A stretch of 64,000 nt of DNA from Candidatus Melainabacteria bacterium 17Bon1m (GTDB lineage: Bacteria; Cyanobacteriota; Vampirovibrionia; Obscuribacterales; Obscuribacteraceae). The position numbers and the translations under genes were made by a program. The stretch is from positions 256,001 to 320,000 of the forward strand of contig JAVLKG010000002.1 in assembly GCA_032128875.1 (NCBI GenBank). Direction: 5' to 3'. Shown here one piece after another: positions 1-9,552 of the stretch (position 1 is its first letter; every line of letters begins with the position of its first letter). The notes under the pieces were generated by a model. That model saw only the letters and a program-made list of their open reading frames with translations. It did no database searches and had not been told where the DNA came from.

Positions 1-2970
1 GACGATGACGTTGCTGCCGTCAGGAAGGTCGTTGAGTTCGACCAGTGTGTGGGTCGTGAGCAGTTTGAGGCGGTTGAAGACTCGTTTGAGCGGGTGGCTG
101 GTGATGTAGAAACCGAGAAGCTCATGCTCATATCGCTGCAACTCGTGCTCTTGAAACTCTCCGGGATCTCCGCGCAGAGTTTCGTCGACTTTAGCAACGC
201 CGCTGTCTGCCGCGAAGTTGAAGAGGTTCATCTGTCCGGTCGCGAGTTCAGTCTGTCTGCGCTGTCCGGATTCAACAAGACTGTCGAGATTTTCCAGAGC
301 TTGTTTGCGCGAAACATTGAGGCTTTGGCAAGCGCCGCACTTGATCAAAGCTTCAAGTGTGCGCTTATTGACGACGCGCAGGTCAATGGTTTCGAGAAAC
401 TCTTTGATCGACTTATACGGACCTTTATCTTTTCGTTTGGAGACAATTTCTTCTACGGCCGCTTCGCCGACGTTTTTGATCGCCGAGAGTCCGAAGCGAA
501 TGGACTGACCATCGGCGGTGAAATCCGCACCGGAGACGTTGATGTCCGGCGCAAGGATGTCGATACCTATTGATTGGCACTCGGCAATGTAACCACGTAC
601 CTTTTCTTGGTCGTCAGCGACACTGGACAGGAGCGCGGTCATGTATTCGACCGGATAGTGCGTCTTCAGCCACGCTGTTTGATAAGTTAGCAGCGAATAT
701 GCTTGCGAGTGAGATTTGTTGAAGCAGTACTCAGCAAACTGAACCATCGTGTCGAACAGCTCGTTGGCCAATTCAGGAGAGACGGCATTTTTCGCGCAGC
801 CACTGACGAATATTTCGCGCTGCTTTTCCATCTCTTCGGGCTTTTTCTTACCCATCGCTCGGCGCAGCAAGTCGGCTTGTCCTAAGCTGTAGCCGCCGAG
901 TTTTTGAGCGATCATCATGATCTGCTCTTGGTATACGATTTGCCCGTAGGTGTCCTTCAAGATTGGCTCGAGGAGCGGTGTCTTGTAGGTGATTTTCATC
1001 CTGCCGTGTTTGCAGTCGATGAATTTGTCGATCATCCCTGAATCGAGAGGACCTGGTCGATACAGTGCAATGAGCGCGGATAAATCTTCCAGGTTGGAAG
1101 GTTTCATATCGCGAGCGACCTGTCGCATCCCTGTTGATGTTTCTAACTGGAATATCCCTGTCAGGTCGCCATTACTTACAGTCGTGTAGACCTTTTCGTC
1201 ATCGAGCGGAATCTTGTCCGGGTCGATATCAATACCTTTTGTCTCTTTGAGGATCTTGATCGCTTTGTCGATCATCGTCAGGTTGCGCAGACCAAGGAAG
1301 TCCATTTTGACGAGCCCAACGTGAGCTACGTCTTCCATGTAGAACTGCGCAATGACCGTTCCGTCATTGTTGCGTTGCAGCGGACAGATTTCTTCCAGTG
1401 GCACGTCGCCAATGACGACGCCGGCTGCGTGCATGCCGAAGGTTTTGTTGCAGCCTTCCAGCTGTTTTGCTACGTCAATGACTTGGCGTGCTTCTTCATT
1501 GGTCGCGTAGACCTTTTTAAAGTCAGGGTGCTCCGCGATCATTTCTTTGAGCGGAGTTGGCTTGCCCCGTACTACCGGGATCATTTTTGCCAGCTTGTTG
1601 GACTCTGCAAATGGGAAATCCAGCACACGTGCGACGTCTTTAATAACCGCTTTCGAGGTCATTCGGTTGAAAGTAATGATCTGCGCGACGTGATCTTGTC
1701 CGTATTTTTCCGCAACGTACTTGATTACTTCTTCCCGGCGTTCGATGCAGAAGTCGGTATCGATATCGGGCATGCTCTTTCTTTCCGGATTGAGGAATCG
1801 CTCGAAGAGCAAGTTGTAGCGAATAGGGTCGATGTTGGTGATACCCAAGCAATACGCGACTAGCGAGCCCGCAGCAGAACCCCGGCCCGGTCCAACTGGA
1901 ATACCTTTGTCACGCGCATATTGAATGAAGTCAGCCACGATAAGGAAGTACGAGGCGAAATTCATGTCCTCGATGACTTTCAACTCGGTGCGGGCGCGGT
2001 GCGTGACCTCATCTGAAAGGTCTTGTCCGTACCGTTCTTTGGCGCCTTCAATTACAAGGTGATTGAGGAAACTTTCGGCCGTGTGTCCGGGCGGCATTGG
2101 AAATACCGGCAGTCGCGGATCGGCCGCCAACTTGACTGTCTCAACTTTGTCGGCAATTTCCAAAGTAGAGCGGAGTGACTCTTCAATGTATTCCGTGTCC
2201 AGGTGGTCACGGAAGAGATAAGCCATCTCGTCGCCATTTTTGATGTACTCCCATCCGGTGAATTTCATCCGGTTTGACTCAGTCACCGATTTGCCCATCT
2301 GAATGCAAAGCAAGCAGTCATGCGCTTGTGCGTCATGCTTATTGGTGAAGTGGCTGTCATTGGTGGCGACGAGTTTGATATTCAACTCGCGCGCCAATTG
2401 AATTAGATAACGATTGGCTTTTCTGTCTTCTACCTGGCCATGGTCTTGAATCTCCAGGTAGTAGTCGTCGCCGAGAACTTCTTTGTACCAGGAGGCGACA
2501 CGTCTAGCTTCGTCGAATTCGTCTTTAAGGATATATTGGCAAATTTCGGAGCCTAGGCAGCCGGACAGGACAATCAGACCTTCGCGGTTTTCCTCCAGCA
2601 TCTCTTTATTGATGCGGGGCTTGTAGTAATAACCCTCCAGGTGAGCGCGCGTATTGAGCCTGACGAGGTTTTTGTAGCCTTCTTTGTTTTTTGCAATCAT
2701 CGTCAGGTGGTAAAGCGCAGTGCGCTTCGTCTTGTCTTTGATGTTGCCGTCGATGATGTAGCCTTCGCAGCCGATGATGGGCTTGACTCCACCCATTTCT
2801 TTGCACGTCTTGGTTAATTCCACGGCACCATACATGACACCATGGTCCGTAATTGCGACCGCGGGCATATTCTCAGCCTTGGCTTTCTTGACGAGATCTT
2901 TGATCATCGTCGCGCCGTCCAAGAGACTGTATTCAGTATGTAGGTGAAGAGGAACGTATGGACGTGGCAT
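1..2970 (-). CDS. dnaE: DNA polymerase III alpha subunit (3' end runs off the window)
   Basis: Missing from the ORF track because there is no stop in the window. Manual translation from the ATG at 2970 gives MPRPYVPLHLHTEYSLLDGA (PHP domain), then GPGRGSAAGSL, PDIDTDF, KMDFLGLRNL and FAEYCFNKSHS. GAGGAG SD upstream. Confidence 0.97.
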   Translation of the reverse strand, partial: MPRPYVPLHLHTEYSLLDGATMIKDLVKKAKAENMPAVAITDHGVMYGAVELTKTCKEMGGVKPIIGCEGYIIDGNIKDKTKRTALYHLTMIAKNKEGYKNLVRLNTRAHLEGYYYKPRINKEMLEENREGLIVLSGCLGSEICQYILKDEFDEARRVASWYKEVLGDDYYLEIQDHGQVEDRKANRYLIQLARELNIKLVATNDSHFTNKHDAQAHDCLLCIQMGKSVTESNRMKFTGWEYIKNGDEMAYLFRDHLDTEYIEESLRSTLEIADKVETVKLAADPRLPVFPMPPGHTAESFLNHLVIEGAKERYGQDLSDEVTHRARTELKVIEDMNFASYFLIVADFIQYARDKGIPVGPGRGSAAGSLVAYCLGITNIDPIRYNLLFERFLNPERKSMPDIDTDFCIERREEVIKYVAEKYGQDHVAQIITFNRMTSKAVIKDVARVLDFPFAESNKLAKMIPVVRGKPTPLKEMIAEHPDFKKVYATNEEARQVIDVAKQLEGCNKTFGMHAAGVVIGDVPLEEICPLQRNNDGTVIAQFYMEDVAHVGLVKMDFLGLRNLTMIDKAIKILKETKGIDIDPDKIPLDDEKVYTTVSNGDLTGIFQLETSTGMRQVARDMKPSNLEDLSALIALYRPGPLDSGMIDKFIDCKHGRMKITYKTPLLEPILKDTYGQIVYQEQIMMIAQKLGGYSLGQADLLRRAMGKKKPEEMEKQREIFVSGCAKNAVSPELANELFDTMVQFAEYCFNKSHSQAYSLLTYQTAWLKTHYPVEYMTALLSSVADDQEKVRGYIAECQSIGIDILAPDINVSGADFTADGQSIRFGLSAIKNVGEAAVEEIVSKRKDKGPYKSIKEFLETIDLRVVNKRTLEALIKCGACQSLNVSRKQALENLDSLVESGQRRQTELATGQMNLFNFAADSGVAKVDETLRGDPGEFQEHELQRYEHELLGFYITSHPLKRVFNRLKLLTTHTLVELNDLPDGSNVIV

Positions 2971-3258
2971 CTTCTTATGACTCCTCTCTCTTTGTCGCCA
3001 CCTACTCTGTGCCCGGAAATTTAGTGCTGAAGAGGTTTGCCCGGCACATTTTAAGTGCTGAACGAAATTCTCTGCCGCCTTCGCTGCCGGAAGCCCCGAA
3101 TAGGTGTGCAAAACCTAGCCACTGCGTGACCAGATACTTCTTATTCTACTTTTCTTGACACCGGGCCGCCTATATATCGCCTGTTTATTTCTCCTGCATA
3201 TAAAGACGAAGCCACCCGGCAAAAAGTTCAACGTATATACGGAAGATATACGCAAAGG

Positions 3259-3286
3259 AAAAGGGAGCGTTGGGACGCTCCCTTTT
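3259..3286. terminator. Intrinsic terminator hairpin, probably ending the 3335-3556 transcript
   Basis: AAAAGGGAGCGT-TGGG-ACGCTCCCTTTT, perfect 12-bp stem with T runs on both strands. Confidence 0.8.
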
Positions 3287-3334
3287 AACTTTCTCTCTTG
3301 GTTGGGGGGTGCAATTCTTCTCTCGGGCTTGAAG

Positions 3335-3556
3335 TTAGACGAGTACTCCTCGTCCATGTGTGGTGACACGTCCGCGTGATGGACGTTTTACCCCAACGGC
3401 ATTAGTTCTGTGAGCTTCGGCACCTTCGAAGAAAGCGCGGTCGCGAATAATTGCAGCGGTGGTTTCTTCGATTTCTACTTGAGCTATAGCTTGTCTAAAC
3501 CACATGCGTAGACATTCTTTCTCTTCATTTGACAGATCTATGTCGTTGTCGAACAT
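3335..3556 (-). CDS. Small hypothetical protein (73 aa, MFDNDIDLSNEEKECLRMWF...)
   Basis: Strong SD TAAGGAG about 7 nt before the ATG at 3556, downstream terminator, candidate promoter at 3759-3786. Confidence 0.6.
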   Translation of the reverse strand: MFDNDIDLSNEEKECLRMWFRQAIAQVEIEETTAAIIRDRAFFEGAEAHRTNAVGVKRPSRGRVTTHGRGVLV

Positions 3557-3758
3557 ACGCAATCTCCTTATTCGGCCTCAGATCAATAGGAATCTTCTTC
3601 CAGAACTGGGAAGTGATTCTCTTGGCAACCGTGCGGTTTTCTTTTTGCTTCCGCTGGCGATGAAACGATGCCTGACTTTAATGGCATGTCTCTCGAATCC
3701 AAGTTCTCTAGCGGCATACGGCGAGCCGAACTGCAACGCCACCAGAGGTCATATTTGC

Positions 3759-3816
3759 ATTGTATGGGCTTCCAAGGGGTTAGCAATACTTGACATTTTG
3801 TCTTTCGGCTTATAAT
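3759..3816. promoter_or_regulatory. Back-to-back sigma70-like promoters
   Basis: Minus strand TTGCTA-N16-TACAAT (3786-3759); plus strand TTGACA-N15-TATAAT (3790-3816), whose spacer is short. Confidence 0.45.
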
Positions 3817-3983
3817 CAGCTCATCCGAAAATTGAGTATGCGAAGATGCTCTGTTCATGCGGTTCTTTACAGGTGGTATTTTTCGGATTTTCCTGGTGGA
3901 CTGCGCCAGTTTCTGAGTTTCTGCTAAAGAATGACCGCCGAAAACCGGACTGCGTTAATGTTTCGGCTACTCCTAGTGAGTGG

Positions 3984-4958
3984 CTAATACACATATGGAA
4001 CGATTTTCCAGCGTGCGGTAGAGATATCCAGCTGTTCACCATCGCCGGCGAACAGCGCGGCAGACGCTCTTCCATTCAAATACCACTTCATACCCACAAC
4101 AATTCCTGGCAAACTCAAGAGCGGCATCCAGACGTTTTCCACAAGAGAAATGCCACCAATAATGAGCAACCATGCGGAAAGCTCCGGGTATTGAACAAGC
4201 GGCGTAGCAACTACTTTGCCTGATTTCGACTCGCCACGGGGGAGGCTATCGCTCTCTTGCTGCGGAGTTTCCTGCGAATCTTCATTTGTTATATCGCTAG
4301 GCTCTGTCTCTTTTTCGCTTGTTTTATCGACGGTCTTGTGGTGACCCTTGCCGTTTCCATTGCCATTCACGTTGCCGTTCCCGCTGCCATTCCCGGAGCC
4401 ATTGCCGCTCCGTGGCTGGGTAACCTCGACTACTTTCTCGTGGGCTGCGTCCGGTTTGTAGATAAGGCTTAGTCCAAGAAGCAAGCCTCCACATATAAAG
4501 ACCAGCAGTCCAAGCGTCGATACGACCAGTTCCGCTTCGGCAGTGCTCGCAATTTTGGTTGCCGAGATTCGCTTGCATAGTACAGCTGCTGCCGTGTTGA
4601 GTAGGACTGTCGTCTGCAAAAGCAAGAAGGCTTGGTGATTTGCTATGGTCCTCTTAACCAGTCCCAGAGCCTCTTTCCAGTTGCTCGGCGCGGTAATTTT
4701 TTCGATGATGGTTGGTGGGAAATGTGCCGCTGTCTTGTGAGCAGCTCCTGCCGTGATGGCGCCGAAAACGACTGCCAGATTGATCAAAATGCGTTCATTC
4801 CAGGCGAGCACATTTATGTTTTGCAGGGCGCCTCTCGTCATGGCGATCATGGGAAGCGCCACTGTTAGTGCGGCGCAAACGAGCCCGCCAAGAATGCTTC
4901 GCCAATATTTGGCATCATTTATAGATACAAACTTCAATCTTAAGTTCCAGAGTTGCAC
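3984..4958 (-). CDS. Hypothetical multi-pass membrane protein with a Gly/Asn-rich low-complexity loop
   Basis: 324 aa ORF, several hydrophobic segments, GNGSGNGSGNGNVNGNGNG stretch; start uncertain. Confidence 0.65.
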   Translation of the reverse strand: MQLWNLRLKFVSINDAKYWRSILGGLVCAALTVALPMIAMTRGALQNINVLAWNERILINLAVVFGAITAGAAHKTAAHFPPTIIEKITAPSNWKEALGLVKRTIANHQAFLLLQTTVLLNTAAAVLCKRISATKIASTAEAELVVSTLGLLVFICGGLLLGLSLIYKPDAAHEKVVEVTQPRSGNGSGNGSGNGNVNGNGNGKGHHKTVDKTSEKETEPSDITNEDSQETPQQESDSLPRGESKSGKVVATPLVQYPELSAWLLIIGGISLVENVWMPLLSLPGIVVGMKWYLNGRASAALFAGDGEQLDISTARWKIVPYVY

Positions 4959-4995
4959 ACTAAGTACAGGCTAGCAGCTCAGGGCTTATAGCGCG

Positions 4996-5625
4996 CTATG
5001 TCAATTGATGCGATCCCAAAAGCTTGAGGCTGAAGCGAACCAGCTCCTCGACATCATCGATAGCAGCTTCTTCTCTTGCTTTCTTTAGCGTCATGTTGAT
5101 TTCGGTAGGCGTGTAACCAAGTCCTTCCAGGATAGCTTCCACTTCTTCCTCGACTCGCGAAGCCGCCTTGTCCTCGCTGCTGGCGCCGATTCCCTTGCGA
5201 CTTACCCATTCGTCAATCTTGGTTTTCAATTCCAAAATAATGCGTTGAGCTACTTTGGCGCCTACTCCTGGCGCTTGGCTGATGAGCTTTTGATTTTCCG
5301 AAAGTACCGCGTCAACGAGCTGCTGAACACCAAGAGTGCCAACGACAGCCAGTGCAAGCTTCGGTCCGATGCCTGAAACAGTCTGGAGAATTGCAAATAG
5401 TTCGCGCTCATCCTGGCTGCCGAAGCCAAATAGCGTCCATTCGGTCTCACGAATAATTAGTGAGACGGGCATCATCGTCTTCTCTCCGACGGCGCCTTGC
5501 GTGAGCAACGTGCGCTTGGAGACAATTACTTCAAAACCAATACCGCCGACATCCAGAACCATTCGGTCTGCTTGTCCGCTCGTCAGTTCTTTTTCTCGAA
5601 TTTCGCCCTTAAGATAGGCAAGCAT
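4996..5625 (-). CDS. ruvA: Holliday junction branch migration protein RuvA
   Basis: MLAYLKG start, GIGFEV, LFGF, VSGIGPKLAL and APGVGAKVAQRIILELK HhH motifs. Confidence 0.97.
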   Translation of the reverse strand: MLAYLKGEIREKELTSGQADRMVLDVGGIGFEVIVSKRTLLTQGAVGEKTMMPVSLIIRETEWTLFGFGSQDERELFAILQTVSGIGPKLALAVVGTLGVQQLVDAVLSENQKLISQAPGVGAKVAQRIILELKTKIDEWVSRKGIGASSEDKAASRVEEEVEAILEGLGYTPTEINMTLKKAREEAAIDDVEELVRFSLKLLGSHQLT

Positions 5626-5670
5626 GCGACTTGTTTTGCCTTTATTCGAATCTTTAGGGTAAGAAGGAAA

Positions 5671-5744
5671 TCGGGGCGAGAGGATTTGAACCTCCGGCCT
5701 TCCGCACCCGAAACGGACACGCTACCAAGCTGCGCTACGCCCCG
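5671..5744 (-). tRNA. tRNA-Pro (anticodon CGG), CCA not encoded
   Basis: CGGGGCG acceptor stem, TAGCGCAGCTTGGTAGCGT D-arm, TCCGT-TT-CGG-GT-GCGGA anticodon arm, GGTTCAAATCC T-arm. Confidence 0.96.
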
Positions 5745-5865
5745 ATATGGGTTTGATTCTAGCACACCATAAATATGAGACCCTCAGGTCAAGACGTCAT
5801 CTTAACGAGATTTACGAAGCGCTCTAATGTTCCAAAATGCCCACAGGGACAGCTTGGCAGAGAAT

Positions 5866-6780
5866 TTATTGAGCCATTAATGTAACGTTGCCGCCGCCAT
5901 TGTGCCCTTGTTGAAGAGCGGCACGCGCGTGAGCCATAAGGACCTTGCCATCCTCATCCATCTTTTCGCCCCATTGGCAAATGCCAACGCTAACGGTGAT
6001 GTTCAATTCCATGCTATTGGCATCGAAGGCTGTATCTTGGATCTTCGTGCGCAGGCGTTCTGCAACTTCGATGGCGCCTGTGGAATTTGTGCAAGTAAGA
6101 ACGATGGTGAATTCGAACTCGGCGGTGCGCACAACGATGTCCGAATCTCGCATTTGCTGATCGATCATCTTTGCCAATTTATTGATTACGTTGTCGCACT
6201 CTTCCTTGCTGACCGCGCGACTCAATTCTTTGTGCTTGTCGACTTCAACAACGACAATGCTGAGTGGCACTTTGTATCGCTTTGCCTGGCGAATGCCGGT
6301 CTTCAAAAACTCATTAAGGTAGCGAGCAGTTTTCAGCTCCGTGAGCGGATCCGTAAGAGACAGCTCTCTCAGTTGCTGCTCTTTGGCTCGGAGCTCGTCG
6401 CGCAATGCTTTCTCGCGCAAAACTGACTTAACTCGGCTCAGTAATTCTTGCGGCTCGAACGGTTTGAAAAGCACGTCTTCCATATCGGTCGGCGTTTTCA
6501 AATCTTGCAGAGTCTGATCTCTTGAACCAAGGAAGATTATCGGAATGTTTGCAGTGCGCTCGTCGGCGCGCAGCCGGTTGAAAACTTCGACGCCGCCGAT
6601 GAGCGGCATGTGCAAGTCGAGCACGATGATATCGGGCAATCTGACTTTGCAAGCGGCTATCGCTTTGAAACCGTCATTTGCTGAAGCCACCTGATAGCCG
6701 GCTTTTTTCAACAAATCAGTCAGAGCAATGGTATGGGCTTGCTCGTCGTCCACTACCAGTATGTTTGGGCTTTCCTTCAC
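5866..6780 (-). CDS. REC + degenerate GGDEF response regulator (PleD/WspR-like architecture)
   Basis: LVVDD..LDLHMP..KPF receiver; TDPLT linker; RDSDIVVRTAEFEF in place of RxxD..RxGGEEF. Confidence 0.88.
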   Translation of the reverse strand: MKESPNILVVDDEQAHTIALTDLLKKAGYQVASANDGFKAIAACKVRLPDIIVLDLHMPLIGGVEVFNRLRADERTANIPIIFLGSRDQTLQDLKTPTDMEDVLFKPFEPQELLSRVKSVLREKALRDELRAKEQQLRELSLTDPLTELKTARYLNEFLKTGIRQAKRYKVPLSIVVVEVDKHKELSRAVSKEECDNVINKLAKMIDQQMRDSDIVVRTAEFEFTIVLTCTNSTGAIEVAERLRTKIQDTAFDANSMELNITVSVGICQWGEKMDEDGKVLMAHARAALQQGHNGGGNVTLMAQ

Positions 6781-6953
6781 GATATCTCTTTTTCTAACAA
6801 CACCTAACCCTGATGATACCCGCTATCAAGGCATTTTTCACATCTGATTATCTGCCGTTTCTCCTTGCGCTCATTCACTTTTCAAGTCGAAAGCCCTGGT
6901 CCTGAATTCAATGGTGTTTGAATTTTGACTGGCTTTTCGGTTTTGCGGTCAAT

Positions 6954-7319
6954 CTAAGGTGACTGATGCGACGTCGTGAAAGCAATTGTCGGCATTGGCA
7001 TTGCTTTTATGTCTTCACTTTCAACAAGATGCAGAGACTGTCTGATTATCTCCAGGTAGGGCAAAACATTGATCGCCAGCGTGTTCTGCTCGACACTTTC
7101 GGCACGCGCGACCGCTCGAGTCAACAATTTCTTTGCACCGACTTTGTTGCCCCTTCCAAAATGGTAGTACGCGACTGCAGCTTGAATAATCGATTGGACA
7201 AGCTCTTTCTCATCACCAGAAAGCGTATTCCAGTAGACTTCAAGCGTTTCATGAGCGTCGAAAAATTCGCGCGCGTTGAATTCTTCTATTCCTTTTACTA
7301 AAAGTGGATGGTGATTCAT
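6954..7319 (-). CDS. DUF309 family protein
   Basis: FNAREFFDAHETLEVYW...IIQAAVAYYH..GNKVGA signature. Confidence 0.88.
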   Translation of the reverse strand: MNHHPLLVKGIEEFNAREFFDAHETLEVYWNTLSGDEKELVQSIIQAAVAYYHFGRGNKVGAKKLLTRAVARAESVEQNTLAINVLPYLEIIRQSLHLVESEDIKAMPMPTIAFTTSHQSP

Positions 7320-7346
7320 TCGAATATTATTTGAATCGCTTGTGAC

Positions 7347-9542
7347 TCACCTGTCGATACTCGCGATCGCCACTACTTTGGCGTCTGCAGGCAGCTTTTC
7401 GACTTCGGGCGCAGACAGCGTCGTGACCTGAGAAGCATCCATTAATCCGGAAAGATCCACGAGCTTGGGACCAGCCAGCAAGAAAATTGACGGAATCACT
7501 TTGCCGGCATCGCCCCATTGAGAATGCGCTTCGACGAGTTGGTTTATCGCACGGCCAGACTCTGAAGGACTGCTAACGAGACAATCACCATCTCTAATTT
7601 GCAAGCGAATATTGCCGGAGCGATCAACGACTCGAATTGGATTGATTTCGCTTTGGAGCAATCCGAAAAACTTTTTCGCAGTAGCTTTGCCGCTGTATAC
7701 CGAGAAGTGGTCTGTCCCGGCTTTCATCGTAACTGTAGAGACCTGCGCGTGCATCGATTCTGCCGCTAACTGCAATTTCTCGTCGTCAGTCAAATCTTGC
7801 TTTAGTTTGTCTGTGTCAGTCACGCTCGTTGCACCAACTGCGGTGGCGCGAATAATATTTGCGCGTGAGTCGATTTCAACATGTATTTCAATTGATGCCG
7901 GGTCTGCACCCATTTTAAGAACAGCAGTCTGAGCCTCATCGCGCAGTCTCAAAATATCGTCGTTGGTTGGATTTACTACTTGCCGCTCGACTGTTTCTCT
8001 AATCAGCGCCAATGCGACACCTATAGCTGAAACAACATCAGAGTGTTGCGACAACTTGTGGGGAAGGTTCATCTTCTTTGCGAGAAACGGCACAATAGCA
8101 GCTGCTCCGCCGCCTCCACCAACTAGAGTGACCATAGATTGATCGAGTTTATTGTCTTTCATCAGCGCTTGCACAACGGCTTCGTTTTTTGCCGCTGCAA
8201 GCGTGAGCATATCGGTGGCAATCTTCTTAGAATCAGTTGAAAGCTCTTTGCCGAGGCTCTCGAATGCGGCAGAGATTGCTTTATTGTTGCCTTTTGCGCA
8301 GTCGTCGTCGGGGACCAAACCTAGATAATTGGAAGCGCATGTTGGTGTTAGCGTATAGCGAGCTTGAGTTTCATCGCTTCCTTCCGATTCTGAAAGTTCC
8401 AAATAATCTTTTGGATCTCCTTCGAATGGCTGAATCAACTTTGATTTTAGACTCATCGGTTTGTCCGCAAATGCTACGTATTTCAATCCGGCGATGTGCG
8501 CACTGCGTGGACCGATGTCGATAACTTCTCCAGGGTTTCCACTTTTAATTCTCGGCATCGAACCGCCAGCAACACCGACCGTTCTCACGTCGAGCGTGTT
8601 GGTGTAAATGCGGTGACCGCCGATCTCACCTGGTTTGATGCGTGCCTTTCCGTTGACTATCGCAGATATGTCTGTGCTGGTTCCACCCACTTCAAGGAAT
8701 ATGCCGTCCGAAATGTGCAAATACATCATGGCTGCTGCAACGCCTGCAGCCGGACCGGACAACATTGTCAGAATAGGTCTTTCGCGCATTGCCGAGATAT
8801 CCATGACGCCGCCGTCCGAGCGCATGATCATAAGCGGGGCTTTTATTCCCGCGCCGCGAACACTGCTTTCCGTCATATTGGCACTTTCGAGCATGCGTGG
8901 AAGCATCGATGCGTTGATGACGGCTGTCCGTGTCCGTACTTTCAAGCCATACAACTGGCTTACTTCTGATCCGCAAGTGGCAAGGATTCCCTTGCTCCTG
9001 GCGAGTTCTACCACCTTTTGTTCGTTGTCTCCATTGTCTACTGCAAATGCTTCGCTAGCCGCAATTGCACCTGCGCCCTGTTTAACCAAATCGTCCAAAA
9101 CAGCCATGACAGCCTCATCTTTCAATGGCTGCGATGTGTCTATAAATCGATGATGTGTCTTTAAAAACTTGCCGGGTGCCAATTCTATTTTTCCGACTTG
9201 GGTCGAAAGATTTGCCATGAAAGCATTAACGCCGCTGCCCATGCCAACGATACCGACAGTCGCTACGTCGCCTTCCAGCAGCGCGTTAGTGGCTTGCGTT
9301 GTCGAATGAGCGATGAAAGTAACTCGCTCTGGTTCAATCTTCGCTTTGTCTAAAAGCAATTGCAGTGCATCGATGATGCCTTTCGCTACACCTTCTTTGG
9401 CTGTGTGGGTCGTGTGCACTTTGACTTTCTCGATCATCTCGAGCGTTTCTGCATCAAGAACAACCGCATGAGTGAATGTGCCGCCTACATCGATGCCGAC
9501 GCGGACTTTTGAGTGGGATTTTCGCTCAGGCTTTTGTGTCAT
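7347..9542 (-). CDS. Hydantoinase/oxoprolinase family protein (ATP-binding A-type subunit)
   Basis: GIDVGGTFTHAV, HSTTQATNALLE, TMLSGPAAG, EVGGTSTD, VAGGS motifs. Confidence 0.9.
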   Translation of the reverse strand: MTQKPERKSHSKVRVGIDVGGTFTHAVVLDAETLEMIEKVKVHTTHTAKEGVAKGIIDALQLLLDKAKIEPERVTFIAHSTTQATNALLEGDVATVGIVGMGSGVNAFMANLSTQVGKIELAPGKFLKTHHRFIDTSQPLKDEAVMAVLDDLVKQGAGAIAASEAFAVDNGDNEQKVVELARSKGILATCGSEVSQLYGLKVRTRTAVINASMLPRMLESANMTESSVRGAGIKAPLMIMRSDGGVMDISAMRERPILTMLSGPAAGVAAAMMYLHISDGIFLEVGGTSTDISAIVNGKARIKPGEIGGHRIYTNTLDVRTVGVAGGSMPRIKSGNPGEVIDIGPRSAHIAGLKYVAFADKPMSLKSKLIQPFEGDPKDYLELSESEGSDETQARYTLTPTCASNYLGLVPDDDCAKGNNKAISAAFESLGKELSTDSKKIATDMLTLAAAKNEAVVQALMKDNKLDQSMVTLVGGGGGAAAIVPFLAKKMNLPHKLSQHSDVVSAIGVALALIRETVERQVVNPTNDDILRLRDEAQTAVLKMGADPASIEIHVEIDSRANIIRATAVGATSVTDTDKLKQDLTDDEKLQLAAESMHAQVSTVTMKAGTDHFSVYSGKATAKKFFGLLQSEINPIRVVDRSGNIRLQIRDGDCLVSSPSESGRAINQLVEAHSQWGDAGKVIPSIFLLAGPKLVDLSGLMDASQVTTLSAPEVEKLPADAKVVAIASIDR

Positions 9543-9552
9543 GATTCGCCGC

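Noticed and set aside
49-2806. Plus-strand ORFs (49-573, 1321-1863 and others)
   Set aside because: Antisense shadows of dnaE; the same applies to most short ORFs overlapping long genes across the window
3583-3858. 91 aa minus-strand ORF
   Set aside because: Spans the predicted promoters and structured leader and has no protein-like features; treated as non-coding
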